Shown in pieces: positions 15,494 to 24,309 of a DNA stretch of 32,000 bases (position 1 is the stretch's first letter; each line of letters begins with the position of its first letter). This DNA comes from Faecalispora sporosphaeroides DSM 1294 (GTDB taxonomy: Bacteria > Bacillota > Clostridia > Oscillospirales > Acutalibacteraceae). The notes beneath the pieces were generated by a model, which was not told where the DNA came from, searched no databases, and worked only from the letters and a program-made list of their open reading frames with translations. The position numbers and the translations under genes were made by a program. The stretch spans positions 546,836-578,835 of the forward strand of contig NZ_KB911066.1 in NCBI RefSeq assembly GCF_000383295.1, read 5' to 3'.

Positions 15494-16825
15494 ATGGATT
15501 TATACTATCCCTCTTACTTATACAGCAAAAAACAGTTTTTAAAGGACTATGCTCTGGCGGTGGAAAAGGGAGTGATTCAAAAAGTGAGCCCCTTCGCCGA
15601 GCTGCGGGCGCAGTTCCCGAACAGCTATGTACACCGGTGGGAAAACCAGGTGCTGCTGCCGGGCACGGTCAACGCGCACAACCACTCCTTTCAAAGCCTG
15701 CTGCGCGGAATCGCGGCAGACCGCCCTTTTCTGGAATGGCGCGACTGTTCCCTGTACCGCTACTCCCCCAGAATGCGGCTGGAGGACATTTATAACGGAG
15801 CGGTGTTCGCGTTTTCCGAAATGCTGCAATGCGGCGTGACGACCGTGTCGGATTTTTTTTACCTGCATAATTACGGCACGGAAAGCGACGAGGCGATCAT
15901 CCGCGCCGCACGGGATGTCGGGATTCGTCTGGTACTGGCCAGAACCATGTACGACTGGAACGGCGCGCCGGAGGGTTACCGCGAAACGGTATCTCAGGCG
16001 GTGGAGCGAACGAAAGCACTGGCACGGATGCACCGGGATGATCCCATGGTAACGGTGCTGCCCGCGCCGCACAGTCTGCACGCCGCCTCGCCGGAAATGA
16101 TTCAGGCCGGCTATGAGCTGGCGAAGGAGCTTGGAACAGGATTCCACATTCATGTGGCGGAGGAACGTTTCGAGGTCGAGGAGGTCAAGGCGGCGCACAA
16201 CGGCCTGCACCCGATCGAATATCTGGATCAGCTGGGTGTTGTGGACGAACGCATGATGATGATTCACGGCGTGTGGCTCAAGGACAGTGAAATCGATCTG
16301 GCCGGGTCACGCGGCGCAAAGCTGGCCTACTGCCCCTCGAGCAATATGTTCTTGGCGGACGGCATCACCGACATTCCCCGCATGGTAAATAGCGGCGTGA
16401 CCGTTGCTTTGGGCAGCGACGGCGCCTGCGGCAACAACCGGATCAGCGTGCTGGAGGAAATGCGCATGGTTTCGCTGCTACAAAAGGCCCATACGCTCAA
16501 CGCCCTCTGCGTCAACTACGAGCAGGCGTTTGAAATGGGAACGGCGGCAGGCGGCCGGGCGCTGGGCCTGCCCGTGGGTGAGATTGCGCGCGGCTGCTAC
16601 GCGGATTTCTTCGGGGTCGATCTGGGAGATTTGTCCATGCAGCCCCTGAGCGCCTCTATGGAGCAGCTTCTGCCGAACATCGTTTATTCCATGCAGCCCT
16701 CGGCGATTCAGAACGTCGTCGTCAACGGGAAGCGGGTTTACAGCTGCGGCGATTTTCTCACGATCCAAAAATCGCGGGTTCTGCTAAAAATCAAGGACAC
16801 GATGGAGCACCTGCAAAGCGCCTGA
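15494..16825 (+). CDS. Metal-dependent amidohydrolase, ATZ/TRZ / SsnA / HutF-like deaminase-deiminase subgroup
   Basis: The ATG abuts the upstream TAA. Motifs LPGTVNAHNHSFQS (HxH), HIHVAEE, MIHGVWL and ALGSDG. Confidence 0.85.
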   Translation: MDLYYPSYLYSKKQFLKDYALAVEKGVIQKVSPFAELRAQFPNSYVHRWENQVLLPGTVNAHNHSFQSLLRGIAADRPFLEWRDCSLYRYSPRMRLEDIYNGAVFAFSEMLQCGVTTVSDFFYLHNYGTESDEAIIRAARDVGIRLVLARTMYDWNGAPEGYRETVSQAVERTKALARMHRDDPMVTVLPAPHSLHAASPEMIQAGYELAKELGTGFHIHVAEERFEVEEVKAAHNGLHPIEYLDQLGVVDERMMMIHGVWLKDSEIDLAGSRGAKLAYCPSSNMFLADGITDIPRMVNSGVTVALGSDGACGNNRISVLEEMRMVSLLQKAHTLNALCVNYEQAFEMGTAAGGRALGLPVGEIARGCYADFFGVDLGDLSMQPLSASMEQLLPNIVYSMQPSAIQNVVVNGKRVYSCGDFLTIQKSRVLLKIKDTMEHLQSA

Positions 16826-16926
16826 CCGGAGCAATCGCCCCGATGAACAGATACCAAACGGAGCGCGTCCCTTCCCCGCCCGCGGCGGAGAATATGCCGG
16901 CGCACTGCCGATCAAAGGAGGAAGCT

Positions 16927-18132
16927 ATGAAACTGACAGCACAAGAGCAAGCCATGCTCGACGGAGAATATGGAACCGGAGTTCAGCTGGCCATGAAGGT
17001 GCAGGTTGCGGTGGGCGAAAGCTACGACGCACCTTACATGGTACCCATTACCCGGGCTCACGTGGCTCTGAGCAATCAGGAGGCCGACCTGTGGTTTGTG
17101 GAAAAGCTCGTCAACGGCGGCGCCGTTTGCCGGGTTCGCCCCACGGTAAACCCCAGCTTCAACTGGGAGCAGTTCAAGGAGTTTACCACGTTGGAGGCGG
17201 AGGACGAAGAAATCGTGCGGCGTACGCACGAGGCCTACAAAAAAATCGGCGCGATCATGACCTACAACTGTACCCCCTACCTGGAAAAGAACGTCCCCCG
17301 CTTCGGGGAGATCACCGCGTTTTCGGAATCCAGCGCCACGCCGTTTGTCAATTCGGTGTACGGAGCCAGAAGCAACCGGGAGGCCGCCGTCAGCGCCCTG
17401 TGCGCCGCCGTGACCGGCGTGGTGCCGTATTACGGCTATCTGCTTAACGAGAACCGCAGGGGCCAGATTCTGGTGGAAGTGGAAGCGGAAATGAAAAGCG
17501 ATTTCGATTATCAGCTGCTGGGGTACTGCACCCCGAAAAAGACCGGCTTTAAGCTCCCCGTGTTCAGCGGATTGAAAAATCCCGGGAAAGAAGCGCTGAT
17601 GAATCTGGGGGCGCAGCTCAATACCGGCGGAAATGTGGCGATGTACCATATTCTCGGCTTTACGCCGGAGGCCCAAACCATGGAGGCCGCCTTTCAGGGC
17701 AAAGAGCCGGAGGCGGTGGTCAGAATCACGCAGGAGGATCTGGACATCATGCGCGGTGAGCTGACGGATCCCTACGGCAAAATCGACTTTGCGCTCTTCG
17801 GGTGTCCTCACCTGACGATCGACCAGATCGCGACGGTCGCCGGGATGGTTCAGGGGAAGCGTCTGGCGGTGCCGCTGTTTATCATGACCTCCTCGCTTTC
17901 TTACGTGCTGGCGGAAAAGATGGATTACATGCGGATCATACGCGAGGCCGGCGGCTGGATCGTTTCGGACACATGCATGGATCAGCCCTGTTGGAAGTTC
18001 CTGTATGGCAAAAAGGGAGTTACGGATTCCCCAAAATGCGCTTACTACACCCGCCGCCGCCAGATGCAGTTTGTGATTACCGAGCTGGAAAACGCCGTAA
18101 CGGCCGCTTTGGAAGGAGAGATTACCCTATGA
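16927..18132 (+). CDS. Aconitase X large (catalytic) subunit, DUF521
   Basis: Met at 16927 (MKLTAQEQAMLDGEYG) follows AAGGAGG. About 400 aa with segments TRAHV, FGCPHLT and SDTCM that I associate with DUF521/AcnX. The ORF-track start at 16843 is an extension. Confidence 0.8.
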   Translation: MKLTAQEQAMLDGEYGTGVQLAMKVQVAVGESYDAPYMVPITRAHVALSNQEADLWFVEKLVNGGAVCRVRPTVNPSFNWEQFKEFTTLEAEDEEIVRRTHEAYKKIGAIMTYNCTPYLEKNVPRFGEITAFSESSATPFVNSVYGARSNREAAVSALCAAVTGVVPYYGYLLNENRRGQILVEVEAEMKSDFDYQLLGYCTPKKTGFKLPVFSGLKNPGKEALMNLGAQLNTGGNVAMYHILGFTPEAQTMEAAFQGKEPEAVVRITQEDLDIMRGELTDPYGKIDFALFGCPHLTIDQIATVAGMVQGKRLAVPLFIMTSSLSYVLAEKMDYMRIIREAGGWIVSDTCMDQPCWKFLYGKKGVTDSPKCAYYTRRRQMQFVITELENAVTAALEGEITL

Positions 18133-18551
18133 GCAAGACGTTTGAGTGCCATAAGATTTCGGAGGGTCAGGCCAAGGGCGAGGTGCTCATTTCTACCGAC
18201 GATTTCTGCTTTTATCTGGTCGACCCGCAAACCGGGGTGGTCATCGAAAAAAATCACTGTCTGTACGGGCAGAGCATCGCGGGCAAAATTCTGCTGTTCC
18301 CCAACGGAAAGGGCAGCTCCGTGGTGCAAACAGACGGTATGTTTCAATTAAAGATGAAGGGCACCGAGCCCAAGGCGCTGGTGATTCAGAATCCGGACAC
18401 CACCCTGGTGGCAAGTGCGATTTTGATGGAAATGCCGATGGTGGACCGGCTGGAGCCCGAGTTCTACCAAACCGTTCAAAACGGCGATTTGGCGGAGCTG
18501 GACGCCACAAACGGAGTGCTGAAGCTGCTCGGCAGGGAGGAGCGCGAATGA
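18129..18551 (+). CDS. Aconitase X small (swivel) subunit, DUF126
   Basis: Met at 18129 (MSKTFECHKISEGQAKGEVL) sits inside ORF 17802..18551, with an ATGA overlap onto the large-subunit stop. Segment GKILLFPNGKGSSV is typical of DUF126. 140 aa. Confidence 0.8.
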   Translation: MSKTFECHKISEGQAKGEVLISTDDFCFYLVDPQTGVVIEKNHCLYGQSIAGKILLFPNGKGSSVVQTDGMFQLKMKGTEPKALVIQNPDTTLVASAILMEMPMVDRLEPEFYQTVQNGDLAELDATNGVLKLLGREERE

Positions 18552-19513
18552 AGCCGCTGTTCTGGTTTATCGACGAGGAATGGAAGGACTACGATATAGA
18601 AACCGCCGTTCTAAGAGAGCAGTACCCCGACTGTGAGCTGAAATTTTCCAATTATAATTACGAACGCGATCTGGAGGAATTCGGGTACCGTGCGGACGCA
18701 ATTATCGCGCAGGTGTACGCGCAGATTCCCGCCTCCACCATACAGCGCCTGCAAAGCTGCAAGGGAATCGCCGTACTTGGCGGCGGCTACGACCGTGTCG
18801 ACACGGCGGCAGCCCGGGAAAAGGGGATCTGCGTCACCAACGTGCAGGGCTACTGCGCGGAGGATTTGGCGGATTACGTTCTGGCGGCCATCTTCCATTT
18901 TTATAAGGGATTGACCGAATACCACAGCAAACTGCAAAGCGGAGCATGGGGCGCACAGGCAGTCGAGCGGCTGCCGAGGCGGATTTCACACTCTACGCTG
19001 CTCATCGTCGGATGCGGGCGGATCGGCCTCACCGTCGCAAAGCGCTGTCAAAGCCTTGGAATGAAAATCCTCGGCTACGACCCTGACCGGGACGCCGCCT
19101 TTTTGAAGGAGCGGGGCGTGAAAAAGGTTTCTTTGGAAGAAGGCTTGCGTTTGGCCGATTATGTGAGCGTCAATGTGCGGCTGGACGAAAGCACCGCCGG
19201 TCTTTTGGGAGAGCAGGAGTTTTCCCTCATGAAGAAAAGCGCGTATCTCATCAACACGGCCCGCGGCGCCGTTCTGAAAGAGGATGAGCTGATCCGCGCG
19301 CTGGAAGCCGGCACAATCGCCGGCGCGGTGCTGGATGTCATCACGCATGAGCCGCCCCGGGAGCAGGAACCGATTTTCAGCGCGCCAAATTGTGTGGTCA
19401 CACCGCACGTTTCGTACATTTCGCAGGAATCCTTTGAGGAGCTGCGCGGCCGGGCCGCCTGGAACGCCATTCAAATGCTGCGCGGGGAACAACCGGCAGA
19501 CCTGGTGAACTGA
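18548..19513 (+). CDS. D-isomer-specific 2-hydroxyacid dehydrogenase family protein
   Basis: ATGA overlap with the upstream gene. Motifs LLIVGCGRIGLTVA, INTARGAVL, LDVITHEP and VTPHVSY. Confidence 0.85.
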   Translation: MKPLFWFIDEEWKDYDIETAVLREQYPDCELKFSNYNYERDLEEFGYRADAIIAQVYAQIPASTIQRLQSCKGIAVLGGGYDRVDTAAAREKGICVTNVQGYCAEDLADYVLAAIFHFYKGLTEYHSKLQSGAWGAQAVERLPRRISHSTLLIVGCGRIGLTVAKRCQSLGMKILGYDPDRDAAFLKERGVKKVSLEEGLRLADYVSVNVRLDESTAGLLGEQEFSLMKKSAYLINTARGAVLKEDELIRALEAGTIAGAVLDVITHEPPREQEPIFSAPNCVVTPHVSYISQESFEELRGRAAWNAIQMLRGEQPADLVN

Positions 19514-19689
19514 GTTTTTCGCCTTTATGAGGGGGCATGCTCTTTCATAAAAATACAGCTTCGCTTGAAAACGGACTGCGGCTTCTCCTCCTGCGGCGGA
19601 AAAGCCGATGACCTCTCAAACAGGCCATTTCAAGGGAAAGCACAACACATGCGAAAATGAAATTGAGACAGGATGAAGGAGAATCTACT

Positions 19690-20748
19690 ATGAGAAAAGC
19701 ATCTGCAAAAATTATTTCTCTGGCTCTAGCCGCCGCCATGAGCACTTCGCTTCTGGCCGGCTGTTCCGGCGGCAGCACAAGCAAGGCCCCGGCGGAAAGC
19801 GGCGCCGCCTCGCAGAGCGCGGCATCCGGCGGCGTTTACGACGGTACCGTCACGCTGGCGCATTCCAGCTGGATCGGCTTCTACCCGCTTGATCTGGCTG
19901 TGGAAAAAGGGTTCTTTAAAAATCACGGCGCAGACGTAAAGGTAGAAATCATCGAAAGCAAATCCGACAGCAAAAGTGCTCTTGCCGCCGGCAAAATTCA
20001 GGGCATTGCCACCTCGCTGGATACCAACATCATGAGCGCCGCCAGCGGAATCGACCTGCAGGTGGTTCTGGCGCTCGACACCTCCTCCGGCGGCGACGGC
20101 CTGGTTGCGAAAAAAGAGTTTAAAAGCTTTGAGGATCTGAAGGGCAAGACCATCGCGCTCGACACAACCGGGGGCGCGAGCTTCTTCTGGTTCAACTACC
20201 TGCTCAAGGAAAAGAACCTGTCCATGAGCGACTTTGACGTGCAGTCCATGGGCTCCGGCGACGCGGGCGCCGCGTTTGCCGCCGGCAAGGTGGACGCCGC
20301 CATGACCTGGCAGCCCTGGCTCGACAACGCAAAGAAAACCACCTTCGGCCAGGTACTGCTCTCCAGCAGCGAATATCCCGGCGTTATTGTGGACGCTCTC
20401 GGCCTGAGCACCGATTTCGTCCAGAAATACCCCGAGACAACGCAGGCCATCATCGACGGCTGGAACGACGCGATCGATTACATGAAGAGCAACCCGGACG
20501 ACGCGTATAAAATCATGAGCGTACCCGCGGGCATGAAACCGGACGCCCTGAAAGCCGCCTGCGAAACAGAGGTTCAGTTCTACGACAAGGCCGGCAACAA
20601 GAGCTATTTTGGAACCGCGGAAAACAAGGGCGACATTTACAAAATTTCTGAATTTGCCGCACAGCTTTGGGTCGACACCAAAATGGTAAGCAGCAAAGCA
20701 GATATTGATAAGGTACTGAATTCCACCTTTGTGAACGCCGCCAAATAA
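19690..20748 (+). CDS. NitT/TauT-family (NMT1/SsuA-like) ABC transporter substrate-binding lipoprotein
   Basis: Met at 19690 (MRKASAKIISLALAAAMSTSLLAGC) follows GAAGGAG. It has a lipobox and an Ala/Ser/Gly-rich linker. The body resembles aliphatic sulfonate / taurine / pyrimidine-precursor binding proteins. Confidence 0.8.
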   Translation: MRKASAKIISLALAAAMSTSLLAGCSGGSTSKAPAESGAASQSAASGGVYDGTVTLAHSSWIGFYPLDLAVEKGFFKNHGADVKVEIIESKSDSKSALAAGKIQGIATSLDTNIMSAASGIDLQVVLALDTSSGGDGLVAKKEFKSFEDLKGKTIALDTTGGASFFWFNYLLKEKNLSMSDFDVQSMGSGDAGAAFAAGKVDAAMTWQPWLDNAKKTTFGQVLLSSSEYPGVIVDALGLSTDFVQKYPETTQAIIDGWNDAIDYMKSNPDDAYKIMSVPAGMKPDALKAACETEVQFYDKAGNKSYFGTAENKGDIYKISEFAAQLWVDTKMVSSKADIDKVLNSTFVNAAK

Positions 20749-20782
20749 CAGGCAGGACAATCGAAATAAAACCCATCCTTCT

Positions 20783-20809
20783 CTGGGGAGAGCGCTCCGC
20801 TCTCCCCAG
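20783..20809 (+). other. Intercistronic hairpin downstream of the SBP gene
   Basis: CTGGGGAGAGCG (20783-20794), ctc, CGCTCTCCCCAG (20798-20809). The stem is perfect. Confidence 0.6.
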
Positions 20810-20882
20810 GAGATGTTGTTATTTGGAGCAAAGTGTGCCGCAGGGAACGGCAGACGGCGCCCTGACGAAAGGAGCTCGTGCT

Positions 20883-21755
20883 ATGGCAGAAAAAACGACG
20901 GCGGTTCCCGCCGCGGCCCTGACCACAAAATCCGCAAAACGAGAAACGGGGAACAAATCGATGTTTGGCGATAAAATAACAGCAGCCTTTCAGCCAAAAG
21001 GGAAAATCAAACAAAATACCGCCATGATTCTCGGCATTGTGGCCTTTCTTCTCATTTTGATTTTATGGAGCGGCCTGAGCTACGGAAAAATGGTCGATCC
21101 GCTCTTTTTACCCACCCCTACCGCCACTCTTCAGGCAAGCCTGCAGCTGTTTGGCAGCGGCTTCTGGACGGACATCGGCATGACGGTGTTCCGCGTAATG
21201 ACCGGATTTGTCATCGCGGCGGTCGTGGCGATTCCTCTGGGGGTGCTCATCGGAACCTACGCGCCGATCTCGGCCTTTTTTGAGCCGGTGTTTTCGTTCG
21301 TGCGCTATATGCCGGCCTCGGCCTTCATTCCTCTGTTCATCTTCTGGATCGGCATCGGCGAAAGCGAGAAGGTCGCCATCATCATTCTGGGCAGCCTGCC
21401 GCAGCTGGTTCTGATGACCGCAACCAACATCCGCAACGTGCATTCCTCGCTGATCGAGGTTTCGTACACGCTTGGCACCAACCGCAAAAACGTGCTGTGG
21501 AAGGTCATCCTCCCCAAGGCGATGCCGGATATTACCGACACGCTGCGCATCGTGCTCGGCTGGGCCTGGACGTACGTGATCGTGGCCGAAATGGTGGGCG
21601 CGTCCTCCGGCATCGGCTTTAAGATTCTGCAGGCGCAGCGCACCGTGGACGTGGGAAAAATCTTTGTGGGGATTCTGATTCTTGGCCTGATCGGCCTGAT
21701 GATCGATAACCTGCTGCTGTTCCTGAACAAAAAGCTGTACCCGTGGAACGAATGA
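20883..21755 (+). CDS. NitT/TauT-family ABC transporter permease
   Basis: Met at 20883 (MAEKTT) follows AAAGGAG. Polytopic protein with a BPD_transp_1-type region. The start is less certain; alternatives are the TTG at 20823 or a downstream Met. Confidence 0.8.
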   Translation: MAEKTTAVPAAALTTKSAKRETGNKSMFGDKITAAFQPKGKIKQNTAMILGIVAFLLILILWSGLSYGKMVDPLFLPTPTATLQASLQLFGSGFWTDIGMTVFRVMTGFVIAAVVAIPLGVLIGTYAPISAFFEPVFSFVRYMPASAFIPLFIFWIGIGESEKVAIIILGSLPQLVLMTATNIRNVHSSLIEVSYTLGTNRKNVLWKVILPKAMPDITDTLRIVLGWAWTYVIVAEMVGASSGIGFKILQAQRTVDVGKIFVGILILGLIGLMIDNLLLFLNKKLYPWNE

Positions 21756-21774
21756 CAGAAAGAGAGGGATTGTT

Positions 21775-22593
21775 ATGCAGACAGCGGTAATGGAAACCAC
21801 CGCCAAGCGCCCACATCAGGGGCTTGAAATCAAGAACGTCTCAAAGCTGTTTCAGAGCGAGAAAGGCCCGGTAAAGGCTCTCGATGGAATTAACCTCCAC
21901 GTGCGCTCCAAGGAATTTTTAACCCTGCTGGGAACCTCGGGCTGCGGTAAATCCACGCTGCTGCGCATCATTGGCGGGCTCGAAACCGCCAGCAGCGGCA
22001 CCATCAGCTATAAGCAGCAGGAGCTCAGGGGCGCGGGCTCGGACAGAGGCATGGTGTTCCAGAATTACACCCTCTTCCCGTGGCTGACCGTTCTGGAAAA
22101 CATCGAATTCGGATTAAAGCAGAAAAACGTGCCCGCAAAGGAGCGCCGGGAAATCGCGGAAAAATATGTGGACCTGGTCGCGCTGCGCGGCTTTGAATCG
22201 CTGTACCCCAAATCGCTTTCCGGCGGCATGAAGCAGAGGGTGGCAATTGCCAGAGCGCTGGCCAACGACCCCGATATTCTCCTGCTGGACGAACCGTTCG
22301 GCGCGCTGGATATGCAGACCCGCGAGCTGATGCAGGAGCTGCTGCTGAATGTATGGCAGCAGTCCCCGAAAACGATCATTATGGTCACACATGATATCGA
22401 CGAGGCGATTCTTTTGGCAGACCGCGTGGTGGTCATGTCCGCAAGGCCCGGCCGGGTCAGAGAGATCATCGACGTGGGGCTTGAGCGACCCCGCGATCAC
22501 CACACCCGCCTGACGCAGGAGTTTTTGCAGTATAAGGAGCGCGCCTCCGAACTGATCCGCGAAGAAAGCCTGCGCCTGATGAACGCGATCTGA
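21775..22593 (+). CDS. NitT/TauT-family ABC transporter ATP-binding protein
   Basis: Walker A GTSGCGKST, signature LSGGMKQRVAIARAL, Walker B ILLLDEPFGALD, H-loop VTHD. Confidence 0.9.
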   Translation: MQTAVMETTAKRPHQGLEIKNVSKLFQSEKGPVKALDGINLHVRSKEFLTLLGTSGCGKSTLLRIIGGLETASSGTISYKQQELRGAGSDRGMVFQNYTLFPWLTVLENIEFGLKQKNVPAKERREIAEKYVDLVALRGFESLYPKSLSGGMKQRVAIARALANDPDILLLDEPFGALDMQTRELMQELLLNVWQQSPKTIIMVTHDIDEAILLADRVVVMSARPGRVREIIDVGLERPRDHHTRLTQEFLQYKERASELIREESLRLMNAI

Positions 22594-22617
22594 TCCCTTC
22601 AGAAAAGAGGTGCCGTT

Positions 22618-23202
22618 TTGATTCAGCTGATTCCGCGCGCGCGGCAAAAAACGACGAAATGGTCGGGAGGGGAAACCTCTGAGCTGTTTATTGATCCGCC
22701 GCAGGCTTCGTTAGCGGCACAGGATTTTCTCTTTCGGATCAGCACCGCCTCGGTTGCCTGCGGTGCCAGTGAGTTTACCCTGTTCCCGCAAAAGCAGCGA
22801 ATTCTTCTTTTGCTGGAGGGGGACATCACGCTGACCTTTCGCGAGGGAGAAAGCATCCGCCTGAAGCCGATGCAGAGCGCCGCGTTTTCCGGCGCGTGGC
22901 ATACCCAGAGCCGGGGAACCGGGAGGAATCTCAACCTGATCCTCTTGCCGTCTGCCAAAGGGTCTGTTAAAGTGATAAAGCTCCGCCCCGGAAAAGTGTG
23001 GCGTTTTTCGCCGCAAACCCGCTTTACCGGGCTGTATTTCCCGTTCGGTTCGGCACACGTGACCGCCGGGGATTCCGGCTATTCCATACAAAAAAGAGAT
23101 TTCTTGTTGATTTCCAATCCTGCAGAAGGTATGATATTTGATGTGGATACGCTCTGCGAGCAGTATCTGATCATGACGGGAGTGGAGCTTGATGACCAAT
23201 AG
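22618..23202 (+). CDS. HutD/Ves-family protein (cupin-like, function unknown)
   Basis: TTG start follows AAGAGGTG. The N-terminal KWSGGETSELFIDPP matches the W-x-G-G-x-T-x-E signature of HutD. About 190 aa. Confidence 0.7.
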   Translation: MIQLIPRARQKTTKWSGGETSELFIDPPQASLAAQDFLFRISTASVACGASEFTLFPQKQRILLLLEGDITLTFREGESIRLKPMQSAAFSGAWHTQSRGTGRNLNLILLPSAKGSVKVIKLRPGKVWRFSPQTRFTGLYFPFGSAHVTAGDSGYSIQKRDFLLISNPAEGMIFDVDTLCEQYLIMTGVELDDQ

Positions 23203-24073
23203 AAGGGCAGCCTTGCAGACAGAACCGATTCAATTTTTAATTGCCAAGCTGTCTGCCGCGGCAAAGGAATCTGCCACTTACGAAAAACTGGCTTATTATA
23301 TAGAAAAGAATTATATGCGCGTCATTTTTATGACCGCCGTCGATGTGGCGCTGGACGCCAAGGTGAGCCAGGGCAGTGTTTCGCGTTTCTGCATGGCGCT
23401 CGGCTATAACGGCTATAATGAGTTTCAGCGCGAGCTGCAGAAAAGCGTCAGCGAAAAGATAACCGGACCCCAACGGCTGAATTATGTACTGAAGGATCGG
23501 CACAGCGCGGTCGGCGACATTCTCTCGAGCGAAGTGAATAATTTAGTGGAGCTGGAAGCTTCCATCGGCGGCCCCGCCTATGAAGCTCTGGTGAATATGG
23601 TGGCAAACGCGCGGGATTTGATACTGCTGTCGTCCAGAATGTCCGCCACCCTGCTGCCCTATATGCAGTATATTTTGAACAAGCTGCGCAACAATGTCTA
23701 CACGGTAACGCCGGAAACCCCGGCGTGGAATACGCTGGAATACCGCGACCCCAAGGATACAGGGATCGTTCTGCCGATTTTCCCCCGTTATCCGGATGCT
23801 TTGCTGAAAAAAGCGCGGGCGCTCAAAAACGGCGGCTTTCGGATCATTGCCGTTACGGACAGCCTGCTCTCCCCCATCTGCCAGATCGCGGACGAAACCA
23901 ATGTGGTTCCCATCACTGTGGCTTCGCTGTTCGACATTTACAGCACCCCCATGGTTTTTATGAACCTTGTCTTTCGGGACGCGGCCAAAAAGATTCCCGA
24001 TGTAAACGCGCGGCTGGAGCAGATCGAGCTTCAGGAAAAAAGCTCCGGCGTTTATCATATCTCCGGCCGCTGA
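23189..24073 (+). CDS. MurR/RpiR-family transcriptional regulator (HTH_6 + SIS domain)
   Basis: Overlaps hutD-like by 14 nt. HTH region AVDVALDAKVSQGSVSRFCMALGYNGYNEFQ, followed by a SIS-like C-terminal half. Confidence 0.85.
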   Translation: MMTNRRAALQTEPIQFLIAKLSAAAKESATYEKLAYYIEKNYMRVIFMTAVDVALDAKVSQGSVSRFCMALGYNGYNEFQRELQKSVSEKITGPQRLNYVLKDRHSAVGDILSSEVNNLVELEASIGGPAYEALVNMVANARDLILLSSRMSATLLPYMQYILNKLRNNVYTVTPETPAWNTLEYRDPKDTGIVLPIFPRYPDALLKKARALKNGGFRIIAVTDSLLSPICQIADETNVVPITVASLFDIYSTPMVFMNLVFRDAAKKIPDVNARLEQIELQEKSSGVYHISGR

Positions 24074-24092
24074 AAATCAATCAGACTATTCC

Positions 24093-24131
24093 GGGCATGA
24101 CGGTCGTCAGACTGTCATGCCCTTCTTGTTG
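24093..24131 (+). terminator. Rho-independent terminator closing the 14225-24073 operon
   Basis: GGGCATGAC (24093-24101), 12-nt loop, GTCATGCCC (24114-24122), then TTCTTGTTG. Confidence 0.8.
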
Positions 24132-24309
24132 TAAGAACGCTCCGTTTATGGCTTTTCTGCCCAGTCGGAAAGCTCATTCGGCCAGATTCCCGAAGAAAGA
24201 TGCATTGTCTGACCAGCAGCCGTTTATTTTTCTGTGAAATTTCAGCCGTTCTATGGTAAAATAGCCTTATCAATACGAAGCAAATGAAACAGCAGGAAGA
24301 GGGAAATGT

